Assembly: GCA_018969355.1 (NCBI GenBank)
Contig: JAGWYO010000006.1
Location: 15,961-39,960, forward strand
Direction of reading: 5' to 3'
Origin: Actinomycetales bacterium
GTDB lineage: Bacteria; Actinomycetota; Actinomycetes; Nanopelagicales; Nanopelagicaceae
DNA: 24,000 bases
The position numbers and the translations under genes are program-made. Every line of letters begins with the position of its first letter. Positions within the stretch are counted from its first letter, which is position 1. Positions 21,845-24,000 of the stretch are shown here, piece after piece. The notes under the pieces were generated by a model. It was given only the letters and a program-made list of their open reading frames with translations, searched no databases and had not been told where the DNA came from.

Positions 21845-22635
21845 AAAAGAGATGGGGTGTTCGCATTTGGCGCTGGTCAATCATCACTGTAGTTGGTGCT
21901 TACTTGATCGTGCCTTTGTATGCCATGTTTGATTTCTCGACAAAACCATTTGGTTTCCAAGATAAGGGTCGAACATTGCGAGCCTGGCAAATCATTCCAT
22001 CCCAACAAGATTTGATGATCTCTATTGCAAGATCTCTCATCACCGCCGGCATAGTCATGTCTCTAATCTTGTTCCTCATCGTTCCAACTGCCATTTGGGT
22101 TCACTTGAAATTGCCTTTATTGCGCCGTCCATTTGAACTTTTGTGCTTACTCCCACTTGCAATCCCAGCAATCGTTATCGTGGTTGGTATTGCACCACTT
22201 TATCGTTGGATCTCGATTCACTTAACTGAATCACCTATCACCTTATCTGGTGTGTATTCGATGCTCATTTTGCCCTACACATACCGCTCCCTTTCAGCAG
22301 CCCTTGATGCAGTAGATATCCATACATTGGCAGAGGCAGCCCGCACTTTGGGCGCAAATACATCACGCGTAATCTTTGGAATTATCATGCCAACCATTAA
22401 GACAGGTATAGTCAATGGTTCTTTCATCGCTATCGCCTTAGTTATGGGTGAATTTACGATTTCAAATATCCTCAATTACAAGACTTTCCAGGTGGTTATC
22501 GCCCAAATCGGTCGCACTAATGGAAACGTTGCAGTTGCAGTTTCTCTGGCTTCAATTCTCTTTGTACTTGTGATACTCCTAGCCATCCCTACTAAGAAAC
22601 GTCGCAGCGCAGTTCTCGACGTTGACCTCGTCTGA
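21841..22635 (+). CDS. ABC transporter permease
   Basis: The EAA loop is AEAARTLGANTSRVIFGIIMPTIKTGI. The track start is 21826. I prefer ATG 21841, which forms an ATGA overlap with the upstream permease stop (21841-21844). Confidence 0.8.
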   Translation: MKKRWGVRIWRWSIITVVGAYLIVPLYAMFDFSTKPFGFQDKGRTLRAWQIIPSQQDLMISIARSLITAGIVMSLILFLIVPTAIWVHLKLPLLRRPFELLCLLPLAIPAIVIVVGIAPLYRWISIHLTESPITLSGVYSMLILPYTYRSLSAALDAVDIHTLAEAARTLGANTSRVIFGIIMPTIKTGIVNGSFIAIALVMGEFTISNILNYKTFQVVIAQIGRTNGNVAVAVSLASILFVLVILLAIPTKKRRSAVLDVDLV

Positions 22636-22652
22636 AACGAAAGGACCGTAAG

Positions 22653-23702
22653 TTGAGCTCCTCGACATATGTACAACTAGTTGATCTCGCCAAGCATTTT
22701 GGAAAGGTCAGAGCACTAGATGGCTTAAGCCTTGATATCGCACAAGGCGAACTCGTCGCACTGCTGGGTCCATCAGGGTGTGGCAAGACAACTGCACTTC
22801 GCGCCCTTGCTGGCTTGCAAGAGTTAGATCGCGGCCAACTCATTGTTGATGGCAAAGATGTAACTTTCCAGAGTGCAAGCAAACGTGGAATGGGAATGGT
22901 TTTTCAGGCTTATTCACTCTTTCCACACATGACTGCGCGCGAAAATGTTGAGTATGGTTTAAAGCTAAAGACGCATAAAACTGCTGGCGATAAGCGCAAA
23001 GCTCGCTCAGCTGAACTATTAGAACTTGTAGGTCTTTCAACTCATGCAAATCACTATCCGCATCAACTCTCAGGTGGACAGCAACAGCGCATTGCTTTAG
23101 CCCGCGCCCTTGCGATTTCCCCTAAGGTTTTGCTCCTCGATGAGCCACTCTCAGCCCTCGATGCCAAGGTGCGCACGCAGTTGCGTGAGGAAATCCGACG
23201 GATTCAAATGGAACTGGGAACTACCACTCTCTTTGTTACCCACGATCAAGAAGAAGCGCTCAGCATTGCTGATCGCGTGGGAGTGATGCGCAATGGCCAG
23301 CTAGAACAAATTGCTGCCCCATCTGAGCTCTATGACCGCCCCAAAACATCATTTGTGGCTGAGTTCGTTGGATTAACTAACCCAATCTCAGGCAAAGTAT
23401 CAGGTGGCTCAATTGAGATTCTAGGAAGCGTGGTTAAAACTCTTCCAGGCTCAGTGACATCAGGAACTGGTATCGCACTCGTGCGACCAGAGAGCATTGA
23501 CGTTGTTGCCAGCAAGTCAGGCAACGCAAAAGTTGCAGCAGCAAGCTTCCTAGGTGCTTCTTGCCGCTTAAACATCACGATGAATGATGGCGCAAAAGTT
23601 ACAGCCCAGCTTCCAAGCTCTGATGCTGCAGGCATTGGTGCAGGTGCAACAGTCTCCGTATCTCTTCTAGACATGCCGGTATTCGTGAAGGCTGCGGGAT
23701 GA
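22653..23702 (+). CDS. ABC transporter ATP-binding protein (PotA/CysA/FbpC-like, with a C-terminal regulatory or TOBE-like extension)
   Basis: 349 aa with Walker A GPSGCGKTT, Q-loop VFQAYSLFPHMT, signature LSGGQQQRIALARA and Walker B LLLDEPLSALD. The TTG start lies 7 nt after AAAGGA. Confidence 0.9.
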   Translation: MSSSTYVQLVDLAKHFGKVRALDGLSLDIAQGELVALLGPSGCGKTTALRALAGLQELDRGQLIVDGKDVTFQSASKRGMGMVFQAYSLFPHMTARENVEYGLKLKTHKTAGDKRKARSAELLELVGLSTHANHYPHQLSGGQQQRIALARALAISPKVLLLDEPLSALDAKVRTQLREEIRRIQMELGTTTLFVTHDQEEALSIADRVGVMRNGQLEQIAAPSELYDRPKTSFVAEFVGLTNPISGKVSGGSIEILGSVVKTLPGSVTSGTGIALVRPESIDVVASKSGNAKVAAASFLGASCRLNITMNDGAKVTAQLPSSDAAGIGAGATVSVSLLDMPVFVKAAG

Positions 23703-24000
23703 TCTTTGGCTCAATTACAAAGTTAGAAACTTTCACTGATGAATTCGTTTGCTTTGTAAAGGTAACAACATCTGATGGTCACATCGGTTGGGGGCAAACC
23801 TCTAACTATCACTCAGATATCACTGCGCAGATTTTTCATCGCCAGGTGGCTCCATGGGTATTAGGCAAAGATGCTTCAGATATTGGAGCACTTGTTACCT
23901 TAGTTGAAGCCCGTGAACATAAATTTCCAGGAAGTTATCGTGCTCGCGCCAATGCAGGCTTAGACACTGCGCTGTGGGATTTGCGTGGCAAGGTTGAGGG
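23699..24000 (+). CDS. Enolase-superfamily (mandelate racemase / muconate lactonizing enzyme family) protein, N-terminal 100 codons; continues past the right window edge
   Basis: Not in the track because it has no stop in the window. ATG 23699 overlaps the ATPase TGA (ATGA). The translation is MIFGSITKLETFTDEFVCFVKVTTSDGHIGWGQTSNYHSDITAQIFHRQVAPWVLGKDASDIGALV...GLDTALWDLRGKVE. The xDxALWDLxGK motif is typical of the MR/MLE N-terminal capping domain. Confidence 0.7.
   Translation, partial: MIFGSITKLETFTDEFVCFVKVTTSDGHIGWGQTSNYHSDITAQIFHRQVAPWVLGKDASDIGALVTLVEAREHKFPGSYRARANAGLDTALWDLRGKVE

Noticed and set aside
1-24000. Search for CRISPR arrays, tRNA/rRNA genes, riboswitch-sized leaders, IS elements or prophage genes
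   Set aside because: No intergenic region exceeds about 126 bp. I saw no repeat-spacer periodicity, and no transposase, integrase or phage-like ORF appears in any frame.

Overview
Densely coding chromosomal segment (roughly 93% coding) with moderately low GC, about 45% judged by eye. It looks actinobacterial. The signs are a SenX3/RegX3-type two-component system divergent from phoU, a YfiT/DinB-family protein, and many genes that appear leaderless, with a TANNNT box 6-7 nt before the start codon.

Gene content, left to right:
- a MalT/LuxR-type STAND regulator running off the left edge (-)
- a YfiT/DinB-family protein plus a 49-aa membrane peptide missing from the ORF track (-)
- a rearranged high-affinity phosphate uptake locus, phoU-pstC-pstA-pstB-pstS (-)
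- divergent senX3-regX3 (+)
- a short YjjI-family glycyl-radical enzyme with its YjjW-type radical-SAM activase (+)
- a gabT-like aminotransferase (-)
- a SpeA/YaaO-type PLP decarboxylase, a PuuC-like aldehyde dehydrogenase and malate synthase A (+)
- an IclR regulator (-)
- a Zn-alcohol dehydrogenase, a four-gene ABC importer and the start of an enolase-superfamily enzyme (+)

I saw no rRNA, tRNA, CRISPR array, transposase or integrase.

Most noteworthy:
1. The function-unknown YjjI/YjjW glycyl-radical pair sits directly behind the phosphate-sensing two-component system.
2. 11-nt-phased GTTCACC-type direct repeats (PHO-box-like) lie at a fixed distance from TANNNT boxes in front of pstS and phoU. 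A similar heptamer has the same geometry in front of the aldehyde dehydrogenase-malate synthase pair.
3. A 17-bp palindrome upstream of that pair has a near copy across the iclR start codon.
4. The gene order phoU-pstCAB-pstS is non-canonical.
5. Malate synthase is coupled start-to-stop to an amine-catabolic aldehyde dehydrogenase.

All family calls come from reading the translated ORFs. No database search was possible.
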